Of a stretch of 64,000 nt of DNA, positions 46,292 to 62,341 are shown one piece after another; position 1 is the first letter of the stretch; each line of letters begins with the position of its first letter. The position numbers and the translations under genes were made by a program. Origin of the DNA: Eledone cirrhosa (Eukaryota); the NCBI GenBank assembly GCA_964016885.1, contig OZ024742.1, positions 208,382,001-208,446,000 of the forward strand, given 5' to 3'. Below the pieces are notes generated by a model. It was not told the origin of the DNA. It did not search any database and saw only the letters and a list, made by a program, of their open reading frames with translations.

Positions 46292-49200
46292 TCTATCTAT
46301 ATAAAACTGACGATGTGTGTGTGTGTGTGTATGTGTGTGTGTGTATGTGTGTGTGTGTGTGTGTGTGTCTGTGTGTGTCTGTGAATTTGAATCCCTAAAA
46401 CTCGAGACGTACCCAACCGATTATTTCAAACTTTACATGTGTATTACTTATGTTTCAGGGAGTGTTATGCACATACAAAATTCAACCTTTTGATCCTCTA
46501 GGGCCCGATTAGGTGAAATACCTCATTTTTCAGCTTTTCAGGGCTTTTTCGAGGCGTTATGTCTAGCCGATTTTCCATTTTATTTCTAATGTCAAAGTTG
46601 TTTGTATTTGAAGTATCTATATTTGAGCTTTCTTTAAAGAGACGATATTTTAATTATTAGAAAAGAATTGAGTGAATATCACTGAAAAATACCAGTTGGT
46701 GTTTATATTTTTGCTTTTGTTAAAAAAAATATTTCAATTATTTAGAAATATTTTAAAGTGAAGTTGATTTCACAAATAGCTTTATTTACATAGACAATAT
46801 CTTCATTTTTTTTTTATTATTTTCAAGTGAATACGATGGAAAAAATATTTCTTGGCATATTTAAAAAATATTCTTAAGTGAAAATGACTTAAAAAATACA
46901 AATTATTTGTACACTGAGTATATATTCTTCAGCTTTCTTTAAACAGAATATTTTAATTATTAGTAAGTATTTTTTAAGTGAATATGATTTGAAAAATACG
47001 AGTTGTTTAAACAGACAAAATTTTCATTATTTACAAATATTTCTAAATAATGATTTTTAAAAAAATATTTGTTGAGGTAATAGGAATTTTTTCTAAGGTG
47101 AATACGATTTTCTATTTTTAAATAATGCCTCGGCGAGGAAGAAAGAAAACATCTGGTTGGTCTATCGATAGTGGAAAGATAGCACGGCTAAGGAGAGCCG
47201 AAGAAGGTGAGCAACATAGTGGTCAACGCCAACAAGATCGGAACAGGCATGCGAATAGAAGGATTGATGAGACTGATAAAGCAAGGGCTGCGCGTCTGGC
47301 GGAACAGAGGGAAAGAGACAGAAGCAGGAGAGATCATGAATCGGATGGTCAGAGAGCTGAGCGTCTGGCGGAAGAGAAGGAAAGAGACAGAAGCAGGAGA
47401 TATTATGAATCGGATGGTAGGAGAGCTGAGCGTCAGGCGGAACAGAGGGAAAGAAACATAAGAAGGAGCGATCATGAATCGGACGCTCGGAGAACTGAAC
47501 GTATTTGCCAACAAACCATTAGGGATAGAGCAAGGACAGTTCAACGACGTGGCCTATTGTCATGCAATGCTTTTTCATGGTGAAACTGCTAACTTTTGCT
47601 GTATGAATGGAAAAGTCAGGTTGGGGAATCTGCAGCCTTTACCCCAGGAACTTCACAGTTTATTTAGTATCATCAACCTAGGGCAAACGAGTTCAGGATG
47701 AACCTCAGACAGTACAACTGCCTGTTCCAAATGACATCCTTTGGGGCCGAAGAGGTTCGTTCCTCAAGGAGGGGATGGAATCCTTCTATCGTTATTCATG
47801 GTCAAATTCACCATTACATCGGTTCTTTAACCTCTAATCCCAACGAACAACCCCAATTTCTTCAAATTTACTTCTTGGACCCTCAGGATAGTGTTGATTT
47901 GAGGATCAGGATACTCCATAACGATGGCAAAAGAACAAATTAAAAATATTCCCGAACCTTCGATTATTATTGATCCTGATAGGAGACCAGCAATGGAACA
48001 TGAGAGAAGATTCAATGCACAAACTGCAAACGAACTTCAAGAAAAAGCACGGCACATAATCTCAGAGTCCCATCGGTGCTATGACAGTTTGCAGTATGTT
48101 CTATTTTTTCCTTTTGGCGATGACGGATGTCATCATGAGCTGTTAATGAGCAACAACAAGAAGTTGACGCCAATGCGCTACTATGCCTATCGAATAATGA
48201 ACCATGAGAATGAATTCAACCAACTTCTCAGAGGCAGTCGTTTATTTCAGCAATATTTTGTTGACATAGCTGCGAAGATTGAAGGAGATAGACTGCAATA
48301 CATCCGAATGAATCAAACATCATTGCGATCTACAACATACAAGGGCCTTACTGACGTATTGAATGATGATGACGATTTTTGCAATATTGGCAGGCGAATC
48401 ATACTCTTTCCACATTTGTGGGTGGACCGAGATACATGATGGAGCGATGCCAGGATGCCATGATGCTATGATGTACATACGGAAGTATGGCAATCCTTCG
48501 TTCTTCATCACAATGACATGCAATCGAAACTGGCCTGAAATCCGGCAAAACCTATTCCTGAATCAGAAGCCACATGACAGGCCAGATTTAATTGCCAGAG
48601 TATTTGACCTGAAGAGGAAACTTTTAAGAAAGTATCTTACTGGAGTAGATGGCCTATTTGGCAAGTGCATAGCTTACGTGCTGACAGTCGAATATCAAAA
48701 GTGAGGTCTTCCTCATGTGCACTGTTTGCTATGGCTCAATGAAGCCTCCAATCCCAGACCGCAGGATTATGATAAATTTGTTCAAGCCGATCCAGAGGGT
48801 CATGAATTGGTGCTGAAGCACATGATCCACGGTCCGAATTACTCTAACAATTCGCCGTGTTGGAAAGATGGAACGTGCAGTAAGCGGTACCCTAAGCCTT
48901 TTAATGAATATACATTGTGTGGAGAGGACACTTATCGTGTGTAAAGAAGACGGTCTCCAGGAATGGGAGGATTTGAGGGGCACCAAGAAGGAAGGGGAAG
49001 CCGAAATATAACTTCGGAATGGGTGGTTCCCTACAATATGAAACTACTAAAACTGTTCAACTGTCACTTAAACGTAGAGATGTGCTCTTCCGTGAAATCG
49101 ATCAAATACGTTATCAAATATAAAGGGCAGTGATCAGGCAATGTTTGGAGTGAACAGGGAAGATGAGATAATACAGTATTTAACAGGAAGATATATCGGT

Positions 49201-52140
49201 CCTTCAGAAGCTGTTGCCTTGGTACTTGGATTTCCAATTCATGAGAGAGAACCGGCCGTAGTTCGCCTTCAAGTTGATCTACCTGAGGAAAATCAAATCT
49301 TTTTTCGGGTCAATGCTGCTGTTAATGTAAACAATAACATGGCTAAGACGACTCTGACTGAGTTCATGGATCTTTGCGATCCCGATCCGTTTGCAAAAAC
49401 ATTGTATTATGCCGATGTGCCAAAGTTTTACACTTGGAGTAATAAGAGTTGGGAAAGGAGAAATGTGGAGAAAACAGTTGAGCAGTATCTAGGGATCTTT
49501 GAGGCGAACGTTTTGGGACGAGTATAGACTGTTTCTCCACGAAGTGGTGACTTGTATTATTTAAGACTCCTTCTGCATCACGTCAAAGGGCCAGTCTCCT
49601 TCAACTCTTTGAAAATGTGTGATGGAGAACTCCTGCCATTATTCAAAGACGTCTGCAAAGAGAGAAAGGTTTGCTTCAATCGGATGATCATTGGCAGCAA
49701 ACTCTGGAAGATGCTGACCGAACAAGGCTTCCCAAAGCCATGAAAGATCTATTCATTGTTCTCCTCACAAATACAGAAATTGACTATTCCAGTGCTTTAT
49801 GGGTTCGATTTAAGCATTCGCTGTCTGAGGATTACCTTCAAATAGAAAAAAAGGGCTACCAGAAACTCTAACCTTTTGATTAGCGTGAGACATTATGATC
49901 AATGTCTTCTGTATTTTGAAGACAAACTTAACGATCTGGGAAAATGTCTTAGTGATTTTAACTTGTTGCTAATCAGGATATTGGCAATTTGGAGTTATTG
50001 CATGAATTGCAATACACCAGAGAAGAGCAGCCTCTATTGAATAGTGAACAAAAACACGTGTATGACTTCGTTTGTAACAGTTAAGAGACGAACACATCTG
50101 CATTGATTTTCATTGACGCTCCAAGTGGAACAGGAAATACATTCCTGATTAACTTAATTCTTTCAAAAGTCAGGGGAAACGGTGACGTGGCTATTGCTGT
50201 CGCGTCATCTGGCATTGCCGCAGCACTGATGCCTGGTGGAAGAACAGCGCATTCTAGATTCAAAATACCGATAGTAGTGAAAGAAAATGGTCTGTGCAAC
50301 GTTGATAAAAATTCAAAGACGGCAAACCTCTTCCAGCATACACGACTGATTGTTTGGGATGAGTGTGCTATGATTCGGAGGGAAAGCTTCGAAGCTGTTG
50401 ACCTCACTCTGCGTGACATATGCGACAACAATGAGGCATTCGGTGGAATTTTGACAATTTGCTGTGTCGATTTCCGTCAACTTCTTCCAGTAGTGAAAAG
50501 GGGAAATGAAGCGGACATGGAAAACGCCTGCATTAAAAAATCCTACTTATGGTGAAGCTTCAAAGATTTCAGTTGAAGACAAACATGCGATCGGGTGGGG
50601 GAGTAGGAGACTATTCACAGTTCCTATTGGATATTGGAGAAGATGAGATAAAAAAAACTGAAAATGAGGAAATTATTTTGCCAAAAGAAATGGTTCTCCA
50701 AGCAATAACTAAACTATGGAAGGATGTATTGATTTCATCTACCCCTCATTCGACATCCAGCTGAAGTGTTTTCGAATAATTGCATCTTAGTATCTATCAA
50801 TGAAATGATGAGAAGCATCAATTCCACCTGTATCAGACGCTTCCCTGGAACCATAAAAGAGTACCGATCCTATAATGCTGTGAGTGATGGTGCCAATGCT
50901 ACTCATTTCCCGACTGAATTCCTTGATTCGGTTGAACTATCAGGACTGCAACAAATATAACGAGGAATTGAAAAAAAGATCGCCAATAATTCTTATGAGA
51001 AACTTGAATCCTCCAAGGCTTTGTAATGGAACGCGCATGATCGCGGAAGAACTGCACGACAATCTCATAGTAGCAAAAATCAACACTGCTGCTTTCAGAA
51101 ATGTGATCGTTATGATACCTAGAATAATAATTAATCTATCCGAAGGTGAGGATATCCCTTTGCAGCGAAGCCAATTCCCAGTTCAATCGTGCTTCGCTAT
51201 GACTATTCATAAAGCACAAGAACAAACTATAGAAAACGTCTGGGTTTATCTGGAACGACCTGTACTCCAACACGGTCAACTGTATGTAGTCCTTAACCGC
51301 GGAAAACGAAAAGAAAATGTCAGAGTGTTTCTCAAGGAAACCCAGTCCACTAAGAATGTTGTCATCAAAAGAATTCTTTTGAACAAACTGTAACAGCGTA
51401 AATATGAGAAAATGTTGGTTGCGATGTCAGAAAATGAAAGGAAAAGGAAAAACTAAGAGAAGTAAGAATAATGTCTTTCAAATTTTTGTAAATAAAACCA
51501 GCTTTCCATTAACATTGCAACTTTTTAAGCAGAAAAATCTTTCAGATCAAACAGTGAAGCATCCATGGAGATATATAAAAAAAGAATTTTGAAGTGGAGT
51601 GATTGGATAGCTATTAGTGAAAAATGATTTGATATTTTCTTTGTGAAAATACTTGTGAATAATACAGTGAAAAGATAAGTTTTGCGTAAATCGGACCACG
51701 GCTTCCCGAGATACGCGGGTTTTTTCGGGTACCTTTATAAGTAGCCAAATCAGCGCATAATTGGAAAATTCTTTGAAAGTAAGGTACCATTGAAATGTGA
51801 ATACAAACGCAGTTAGTGGTTGTGAGAGAGAGGGAGAGAGCTGATGGTGTTGTTGAATGAAATTATGACAGGTGACTTCAAAGAAGGATGTTAGGACAGG
51901 ATGTATGTGTGTGTGTGCGTGTCTGTAACCAGTGTATATAGGCCACAGACACCCACACACACAAACACATATATATATATATATATATTTATATACACGT
52001 ACATATACACACACACATACAGGTATATATATATATTGGCTTTCCAATGTCACTTTACATTGTATACATTTTGTGTATATTTTAATTATTTAAAAATTAT
52101 TTTTAAGTGAACATGATCCAACGGCTCACGGGTGGTCTAG
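46292..52140 (+). mobile_element. Decayed autonomous Helitron
   Basis: TCTATCTATATAAAACTG start, Rep/Hel ORF, subterminal hairpin remnant and CTAG|T end. Confidence 0.88.
47125..51393 (+). pseudogene. Helitron Rep (HUH) / PIF1-family helicase, many stops and frameshifts
   Basis: 69-bp R/E-rich N-terminal repeats; FFITMTCN, VEYQK*GLPHVHCLLW, SIKYVIKY (Rep motifs 1-3); DAPSGTGNT, IVWDECAM, DFRQLLPV, LCNGTR, FAMTIHKAQ, HGQLYV. Confidence 0.95.
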
Positions 52141-52539
52141 TATACAACTAAAACTCTGTGGTTGCTTGCTTGCTTAATTATCTGTAATGTAATACAGCCA
52201 AAAGGGCGAATAATGGAAAACACTTTGAAAGGAAGTTGACCCTGAAAGGGGAATACAAATGGAATAAAACCAGTTTCGCGTAAATCAGAGTCCTGATTCC
52301 CGAGATACCTTCATAAATAGAGAGAGAGAGATAGAGAGAAAGAGATAGTGTTTGTTAGAGAGTAGATTGAAAGAAGGATAGAGAGAGAGAAGATGACAGA
52401 GAATGAAAATAGAAGGGAGAGAGAGCTGGTGGTGTTGTTAAATGAAATTATAACCGCTGACTTCATAGAAACGAATACATCATTACTGTATCCTGGTAAA
52501 TAGAATGGATTTCTAAGTGTGTGTGTATATGTGTGCGTG

Positions 52540-52569
<30 letters not shown>

Positions 52570-52580
<11 letters not shown>

Positions 52581-54235
52581 ATATTATTTATACTTATATA
52601 TACACTATATAAAATTATAAACAGGAAAGGTCAGTAATTCATTATCACCAGTAAGAAAAATAGCTCAATGTAAATACTTCAGATATTTTACAGAGCCGGA
52701 ATATAAATTACAGAATAATCAAAACGATGTTCAAAACATTTTATTGCTGACAATCGTTTCTTCCAAATTTCGTTTGGCATCAGCGGGGCACTGGCAAAGT
52801 TTAGACATATTATTAACCTGCTATTCCACAGAACAATTGAAAAGATACGTAGATATTAGTGTTGTCATTAACAGTGTCATATTTAAAGAGTGAATATGGT
52901 GGGGTCAGTATCAGTGGATGCGACAAAGATTATAAAAGAATAATACAACAATTATAGATGAATTAAAGTTTTCGCAAAATGAGGACATTAGCGGTACATA
53001 TGCAAACGTATAGAAAGGGTGCAGAGGTATTAGGCATGTACAGAATGACCAGGTAAGAAACAACCAATGGAACTAAGCATATATATCACAGTATGGCAAA
53101 GGTATCACATAATACAATACAGGTATAAAAGCCTCTTAATCAGACAGAGATGCGTGGGTATGAAAAGCAGTTTCTATGAAGTTTATGGTTGATGTAGTGT
53201 GATAATTGTTCCGGTAATGTTCAAATGTGCATGTGTTGTGTGCATTAATATCAAGGTTTTCCTTTCCATTACATTGGTTATATTTTAGTAAATGTTTATC
53301 AGTAGCTACAACTATGGATTGTATATTGGTCCTATTACAATATTATCAAGGATTCGAGTTGTTCTAGAGTGATCTGTCTAACGGTTTAATTTCAGAGTAG
53401 CTAATGTGAAGGGGGGGGGGGGGGGGGTATTGGCGATTAATTTGTGTATAAGAGAAAAATATATAGTTGTTTACAACTCCAATTAGTTAAATACTATGTG
53501 TTAATATTCAATATAGTATGTTATAAATGAATCCTTTTATATAATGCTATTTATTTTTAAATTTCTATATTTAATTTTAAATACAATATTTTTCCTATAT
53601 AATATTTTAAAGGTCTCATTTTATGACTACCTACCCATATATTAATTAAATGAATGAAATATTAGTAAGGAAGTTATTGTAGTTATATTAAATGGTAGTA
53701 TCTTTATGTTTATTCTCAATAGTTATTGTAGAGTTTTAGATCTGAGATACACAGGAGATAAGTGGAGGAATGAGCTGATCATAGAATGTGATGTTGTGGT
53801 GGTAATTATATGCTGATAAAACCTAAACGTGAAGTGCTAACGGTGGTGAGGAATCCAGATCTGATATTGTTATATACTAGCAGCTAGGTTTGAAGTTGTG
53901 GAAAGAGTGTCGGTGGTAGTGTTGACACGTGGAAAAGATCTCTGATTTTCTATTTAAGAGGTTTAGCTTAGAATAGATTATTGTGCGAGTCTCTAGAAGA
54001 CAGACGTTACATAATCTATTTGGTGGTTTATACGATGCGGCCATATCTATTACTTCCCATTGAAGTGTATATGGTCTATTCCTAGTTTTCAGAGAGTGTA
54101 TGTAGTTAGATAAAGAAGTGGAGTTGGCTAGATTGCGATTTTTGAAAGTGTGAAGATCGAGTTATATCTCGTCTTGAAGCAGTTCGAAGTAGAATCGATA
54201 TATGTTTTTGAATTGTTGTTTGTAATTATTGATTA
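52570..54235 (-). mobile_element. Naiad-type PLE 3' portion (GIY-YIG remnant, UTR, pLTR), family H
   Basis: ~53915-54235 translates as TYIDSTSNCFKTRY..STSLSNYIHSLK..LQWEVI..LCNVCLLET..LLNRKSEIFSTCQH; HHR at 52733-52803. Confidence 0.8.
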
Positions 54236-54239
54236 ATAG

Positions 54240-56424
<2,185 letters not shown>

Positions 56425-56664
56425 AATTGGTAGTTTACTTGAAGCATTGTGTAGTGAGGTATAAACTTTTGAAGTTAGAAGGCCAGAACAATGCAGGTTT
56501 GGATATAGAATATAAATGCAAAAGATAACGCTGCCAATTAGCCTTTTAACTTAATTTATTAGTATATCCTGATATTTCGACATAATATCTCTTCGTCTGA
56601 GGAAAGTAATGGGGTTAATCCAGTGTTCGAAGTGTGTTGCCAAGTCAAGCTGACCGGAAATAGT

Positions 56665-56784
56665 ATAATTAGAATATACACAGATATGTATATAATGTAA
56701 AACGAAATTGGAGGGCCTATATAAGTATATAGGCCCTCCAATTTCGTTTTACATTATATACTTATCTGTGTATATTCTAATTAT
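56665..56784. repeat. 59-bp-arm hairpin
   Basis: Loop AG at 56724-56725, one mismatch. Confidence 0.92.
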
Positions 56785-57082
56785 TTCAAAAATTATTTTT
56801 AAGTGAACGTGACCCAACGGTTCAGGGCTGGTCTAGTAATGAATAAAATTCCCGTCATTGCAGTAATAGTGTCATGTACCTTATGCCATTCTTATATACA
56901 TTAATTTATACATATACGTCTGTGTGTGAACCCGCGTACATGTGTGTGTGTGTATGTGTGCGTTCCTTCGTTCGTATGTATGTACATGCAAATGTATTGA
57001 TGTATGTCACATATATGTAAATGCGTATATAAATATATATATTTATATATAAAGAAATAAAGAAATAAACACACACACACAC

Positions 57083-57153
<71 letters not shown>

Positions 57154-57183
57154 AAATATAAAACAATCAAATCTTAGTTTAAT

Positions 57184-57249
57184 ACATTTAATTGCTGACA
57201 ACTGTTTCTTCCAGACGAATGTCTGGAATCATCGGAACATAGAGAATGT
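57184..57249 (-). ncRNA. Hammerhead-like motif, family H relative (core CCGATGA)
   Basis: tgtt-CCGATGA-ttccagac attc gtctggaa-GAAA-cagttg-TC-agca. Confidence 0.72.
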
Positions 57250-57650
57250 TTAAACCGGTAATTAAAATCCTAGTCTTCAGAATATTTATATAGATACATA
57301 ACTATTGCCGGTGTCATTGACATCATATAGAAAAGCAGGAGTTACAAAAGGATGTCATGTTACAGAAAATACAGTATAAGGAACAATGGTGAAAAGTGAA
57401 ATATTGAGCATATTAAACATAAAGATAGCGTTTAAGGTAATACATGTGCAAAAGATACAAGCAAAAAAGATGTAAGATAAGATAGATAAAAGATATCATA
57501 GCATTTAAAAGCAGGTAATGTTAACGCTTTATAATGTAAAAGTTAATAAAATTAATAAAGGCATGCATGAGGTAATAGTTATATAATAAATTAATCAAGC
57601 ATATTTCATATAGAATGTTAAAGCATGTTAAACGTGTTAGAAATGTTTAA

Positions 57651-58227
57651 AACATGTTAAATGGCATGCAATATGGTAGAGAAATATGTGGTGGTAAAAT
57701 GGATAGATGTTGTGTGTAGTGTAATGCAAAATACGTAATTAAATTAGATATGTTATTGTCATTCGGAAATTTATATATTGGAGTTCGTATATAGATGTAT
57801 ATGTATATTTATAAAAATTTAACGACATTTCAACCATCTGACTTCGCCTAATAACTCTTAATACAACTCGTACATAAAGTAAAGTCGACTATCTCTTAAT
57901 AGAAAATTTAAAGGTAGGAATGCATTGTATAATATATTTCCTATACTAACATGACCAGTAATACAGTGGAATTAATATTTACCAAACACATATTTTTAAA
58001 CTATACACATCTCAAACACATTACATCTAAAATTAAGAAAATTCCCTGGTTAATACATTTGTGTTACACCCAATACATACATCTATATACGAACACCAAT
58101 ATAAACATTCCTGAATGACAATAACATATCTAATTTAATTACGTTTTTTGCATTACACTTTACACAACATCTATCCATTTTACCACCACATATTTCTCTA
58201 CCATATTGCATGCCATTTAAATTTGTT
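57651..58227. repeat. ~155-bp inverted repeat
   Basis: 57651-57805 versus 58073-58227, inside a probable PLE 3' UTR. Confidence 0.85.
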
Positions 58228-58247
58228 AAACATTATATATTTTTTAA

Positions 58248-58735
58248 CCAAAAAGTACGAGACAGAGCTTTGTCAGCTTATCTCCCCTTGTTTGCTGAAA
58301 ATTTAAGTAAACGACATTATCGCTACTTTAAAACAATAGCGTATGGTCTTCAAAATGCTATTAATTAATCATACAGTGTATTGCAAAATACACCATATAT
58401 ACATTCATATATATATCGCTATTATATCAGAGCACCAATTCTAATTTTCAATTTCTGCTGGACCGGCGACCGCTCTGTATAATCAGTTCCTGATTATTAC
58501 TGGAATTCTATAAGAATCCAACACACAGAATTTTCAGCAAACAGGGAGAGTACTGAGCTTTGATAAGTACCAAAAAGTACAAAACAGAGTTCTTTCAGAT
58601 CATCTCCCTTTATTTACTGAAAATTTAATTAAGCGACATTGTCGCTACTTTAAAACAATAGCCTATGGTCTTCAAAATGCTTTTAATTAAGCATACAGTG
58701 TATTGCAAAATACACTCTATATACATTCATATATG
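58248..58735. repeat. ~165-bp diverged direct repeat
   Basis: 58248-58412 versus 58570-58735, with a short inverted piece at ~58529-58550. Confidence 0.8.
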
Positions 58736-58740
58736 TATAT

Positions 58741-58952
58741 ATATTTATTAAAATAACAGATTAAAGTTTAAACAAAGAATTGCTGCTTTCACCCTTAACG
58801 GGATCTTTAAGGGTGAAAGCAGCGATTCTTTGCATAAGCTTTAATGTGTTATTTTAATAAATATTTACTCTAGGTTTCTTATATATTTGATATATGTATC
58901 CTTATCAAGCTCTCTTTGAATTTTAGTCTTCAAATTTATTATTATTACTATA
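58741..58952. mobile_element. Fold-back pLTR mini-element, family G (HHR truncated in the core)
   Basis: Arms 58741-58798 and 58807-58864; homologous to 30966-31120. Confidence 0.8.
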
Positions 58953-58964
58953 TATATATTTATG

Positions 58965-59990
58965 TGTCGTAATGATTTACCGCCACTGGCCTTTATTGTC
59001 CGTCATGTGTTGAAGAGTCTCGGTGTTTTGACCAGTCAAGACTTTGTTTATGTCGGAGCAGGACTTGTTTTGTCTGTCTCTCCCTCGACTGTGCCCTGAA
59101 AGATTGTTTTGGACAAAAAGTTATGGTGGGCTACATGTTCCTAATAAGCAAGCATCGGTATTTTCCCCACCGCACGGAGTGGTTCCTGTCTGCCAGCATA
59201 TTTGTTAACTTGTTGTCTGACAAAGGTGTCTGTACTGTACTCCGTGTACGCAATGCTTAGAAGCCTTCTGAGCCATTTGTTCTCGAGTACCTGAGGATTT
59301 ACTATCTTTGAAAATGTGTACCACCTCTTCGACTTCCTCTTAAAGAATTGGAGTATCCTCAAACATTTTTCTTTTTTTTTTTTGGTTATTGGTGGAGTTG
59401 TCTAGGATGTTGATATCATGTTAGGTGCTCTAGTCATAAAGGTTTTCGCAATATTTAGACCATTTTCTGATAACATCGGTCTCCTCTGTGCCAGTTTTGT
59501 CCACAATGTCAATGTTGGTAGGGTGTTGCTTCCTTATTATTAGTATTCTGAGGCTTTCATAAGCAGCCTTGCTTTTGCTTTTTATATTCCAGCTTCGATG
59601 TTTTTTCACTGCACTAATATCCACTTCTCTTTGGCCTCTCACATTTTCTTCCTCATTTTCATATCCACAGCATTTATATTTATACTTGCTTTGTCGCCTT
59701 ATCTGTTAGCAAACCACATACGTCCAAGAGGTCACCTGTAATTCCTGGTTTATGTTTCCTTCTACTTTTCCCCAGCACTTCTAAAGCTGTTTCATGAAAT
59801 TTTTCTTTGATGGTGTCAGTTAAGGAGTTAATACATTCTTCTAAAAGGTTGGGTTTGTAAACCTGTCGCGTACGTTATCCTCAAATATGACTGTAAACCT
59901 CTCTTAGCTTGTCCACATCAAGACTGATACATGTGGCTCTGTTTTTGTGAATCCTTTTCAGTTTACACTTTAGTTTCATGAGGACACTAG
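58965..59990 (-). pseudogene. Highly decayed RTE-like LINE with a large internal deletion
   Basis: ENKWLRRLLSIAYTE..VRQQV..EPL..HVAHHN.LSKTIFQGTVEG; KWSKYCENLY. Confidence 0.7.
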
Positions 59991-60340
59991 TTTCTAGTCA
60001 AATTTACATCTTGGACTTATTGCCTTTTGTTATATGTAATTTTTAAACTAGCGTTTTAGCACTAGTTACTTTTAACGGTATATTATCAATTCTTATAAGC
60101 GCCTCAAGAATAGATCACGATTTTGATCCCTTACATTCTGGAGAAATGCTCAATATTGGGACTTGAATAGCGCTTTTGTTTCGTCGATGAACATAAATAA
60201 ATAATATAATCAGCTTTCTTCCCGATTGAGCACTGTCTTCTTTTTTTTCTTTTGTCACACCTACAGCACACAAACATACTTACACACACGCGCGCGCGCA
60301 CACACACAGGCACATATACCTACAGTAACTGGACGTTACA

Positions 60341-60393
<53 letters not shown>

Positions 60394-60425
60394 TATATAT
60401 ATATATATATAGAGAGAGAGATATA

Positions 60426-60782
60426 TAATTCGTTTTTGAATTTGTTTTGAAAGATTTCTTATCTGAAAACGTGTGTTCAAATAGATATTGTTATACTTTG
60501 GGAGGGTATTGCTGCCAATAAAACACACGCATCTGTTGGTTTTACCTTCAATTCATTATGTTTCCGGTTAGTTGGTCGAGGACAAAACAAAGGAGGCAAA
60601 CAAAATAGAAATTGTGGAGGTCACAGAATGTGTGACGAAATGGCTTCATAACGAAAGGGCAATATATAAACAACCTTCCGGTTATCGAAACCACCAACCG
60701 AGAACTTATAATAAATTGAAGTGAAAACTAACAGGTGCGTGTGTTTTTATTGGCAGCATGACCCTCCCAACGTATGACAATA
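60426..60782. mobile_element. Family B inverted pair with 3' part of an HHR (60617-60656, plus strand)
   Basis: 60488-60560 is inverted relative to ~60705-60782; ga-ggtcacagaatgtgtgac-GAAA-tggct-TC-ataacgaaa. Confidence 0.75.
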
Positions 60783-60785
60783 TAT

Positions 60786-60881
<96 letters not shown>

Positions 60882-60986
60882 TATATATATATATACATTG
60901 TATAAGTAATAAACAAAAACAATAACAAGGAATGCAGTTACGAACAGTCTTGGTATTAGGTTCAGGCTTGAGACTGGGGGATAGGG

Positions 60987-61017
60987 GACGAGGTTTCGGG
61001 CAGAAGTCCTTCATCAG
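60987..61017 (-). ncRNA. Minimal hammerhead-like core of a Neptune-type pLTR
   Basis: CTGATGA-aggacttctgccc-GAAA-cctcg-TC; no clear stem I. Confidence 0.5.
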
Positions 61018-62341
61018 GAGATGCGAAGGAAAAGAGTTCCGAGAGGGTGTGAGGGGGAGTTGTGGAAAGACATTAAAGTAAAGGGAAAAATATTAAAATG
61101 ATGGAACGAATTTTTTAAATGAAACAAGTGCTGAAAGGGTGTGAGGCGTGTATAGGTGGTGATGGGTGGAGGGGGAGTGGAAAAGGAAATTGGGGGTCCG
61201 AACGGGGAGGGTAGAATGTGGTGTGTGTATGTGTGTATCTCGTGCATGTGAGTGTCAGAGTCAGGGGGAGTACGCGGTTCAATGTTCGGCTATTAGGAAA
61301 ACCAATGTGTCCATCGGGTGGGATGTAAGTTAGTGTGTGCGTGTGGATGGAGAGGGGTCGGAAAAAGGTGGGGGAGAGGGAGCGTGTGGAGTTCGGAAGC
61401 AGAGTGGGTGCATGTGAGGATACGCACGTGTGAGTGTGGTGTTTTTCGGTGAGTGTGTAGTGTGATGGTGAACATCCGGGTATTATCGGGGGGTAGATGT
61501 CCAGAGTGTGTCCAGTGATGAAGGACCCGTGGAATTGGTGAGGAGGAAGTAGAAAGACGTTTTGCGCGCGCAACAGGAAATGGTCAAGCAAGTCAAGGCA
61601 GGGGGTGAGGAAGGCAGGCTGAAGGATGCGAGAGAGGGAGAGGTGATAGCAGTCAAGCGGGCAGGGAACAGTCAAGAGAGTGGTAGCTGACAGGTGTGGC
61701 CTGTATGTGTGTGGGGATGTGCGTATGTGAGTGCGAAGGTGCGGTAGACAGGAGGGGAGCTGGATCAGTGTGAAAAGTTGAGGGAGAGTGTGGTGGTGTG
61801 AGTAGGGGATTGTGTGTATATTGGTGGAGGTGTTAGAAGGAGGTATATGGGTGTGGGGGGCTGGTAGTACGGGGAGAGAGAGAGAAGGTGCTGGGTACTG
61901 TATGAGTGTAATATACTGGTGTGTGTGTGCTTGCGTGTTTGGGTGTGAGTGCGTGTGAGCGTGCCGTAGGGTGGGTGTTAGTATTATTAGTACTGTGGGT
62001 GAGTGTTAGTGGTGGTAATGCGGGTGTGGAGTAAGTTGTGTATCGGTGTGTACGTAGGTGTGGGTGAGTGTATATATGTTGGTGTGTGTTCCTGTGTGCA
62101 TTGTGAGGGGGGAGGGGGGTTGGGGGTGTATAGTTTTATTAGTGGTTGGGTGGTCGGATGTGGATGTGTAGGTGGGTGTTACTGGTGGTAGTTGGGTGTG
62201 TGAATAGTGTGAGTGAGTGTATATATATATATATACATATACTGGTGTGTGTGCGCGTGTTGAGGGTGTCGGGTTGTTGGTATTATAAGTGGTGGGGTGA
62301 ATCAAGGGGGTGGGGTGCCTGGAAGTGTTTTAGTGGTGTTA

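Noticed and set aside
56560-56610. Possible hammerhead on the minus strand (CAGACGA..GAAA-tatcaggata-TA)
   Set aside because: Core is mutated and no stem I pairing was found
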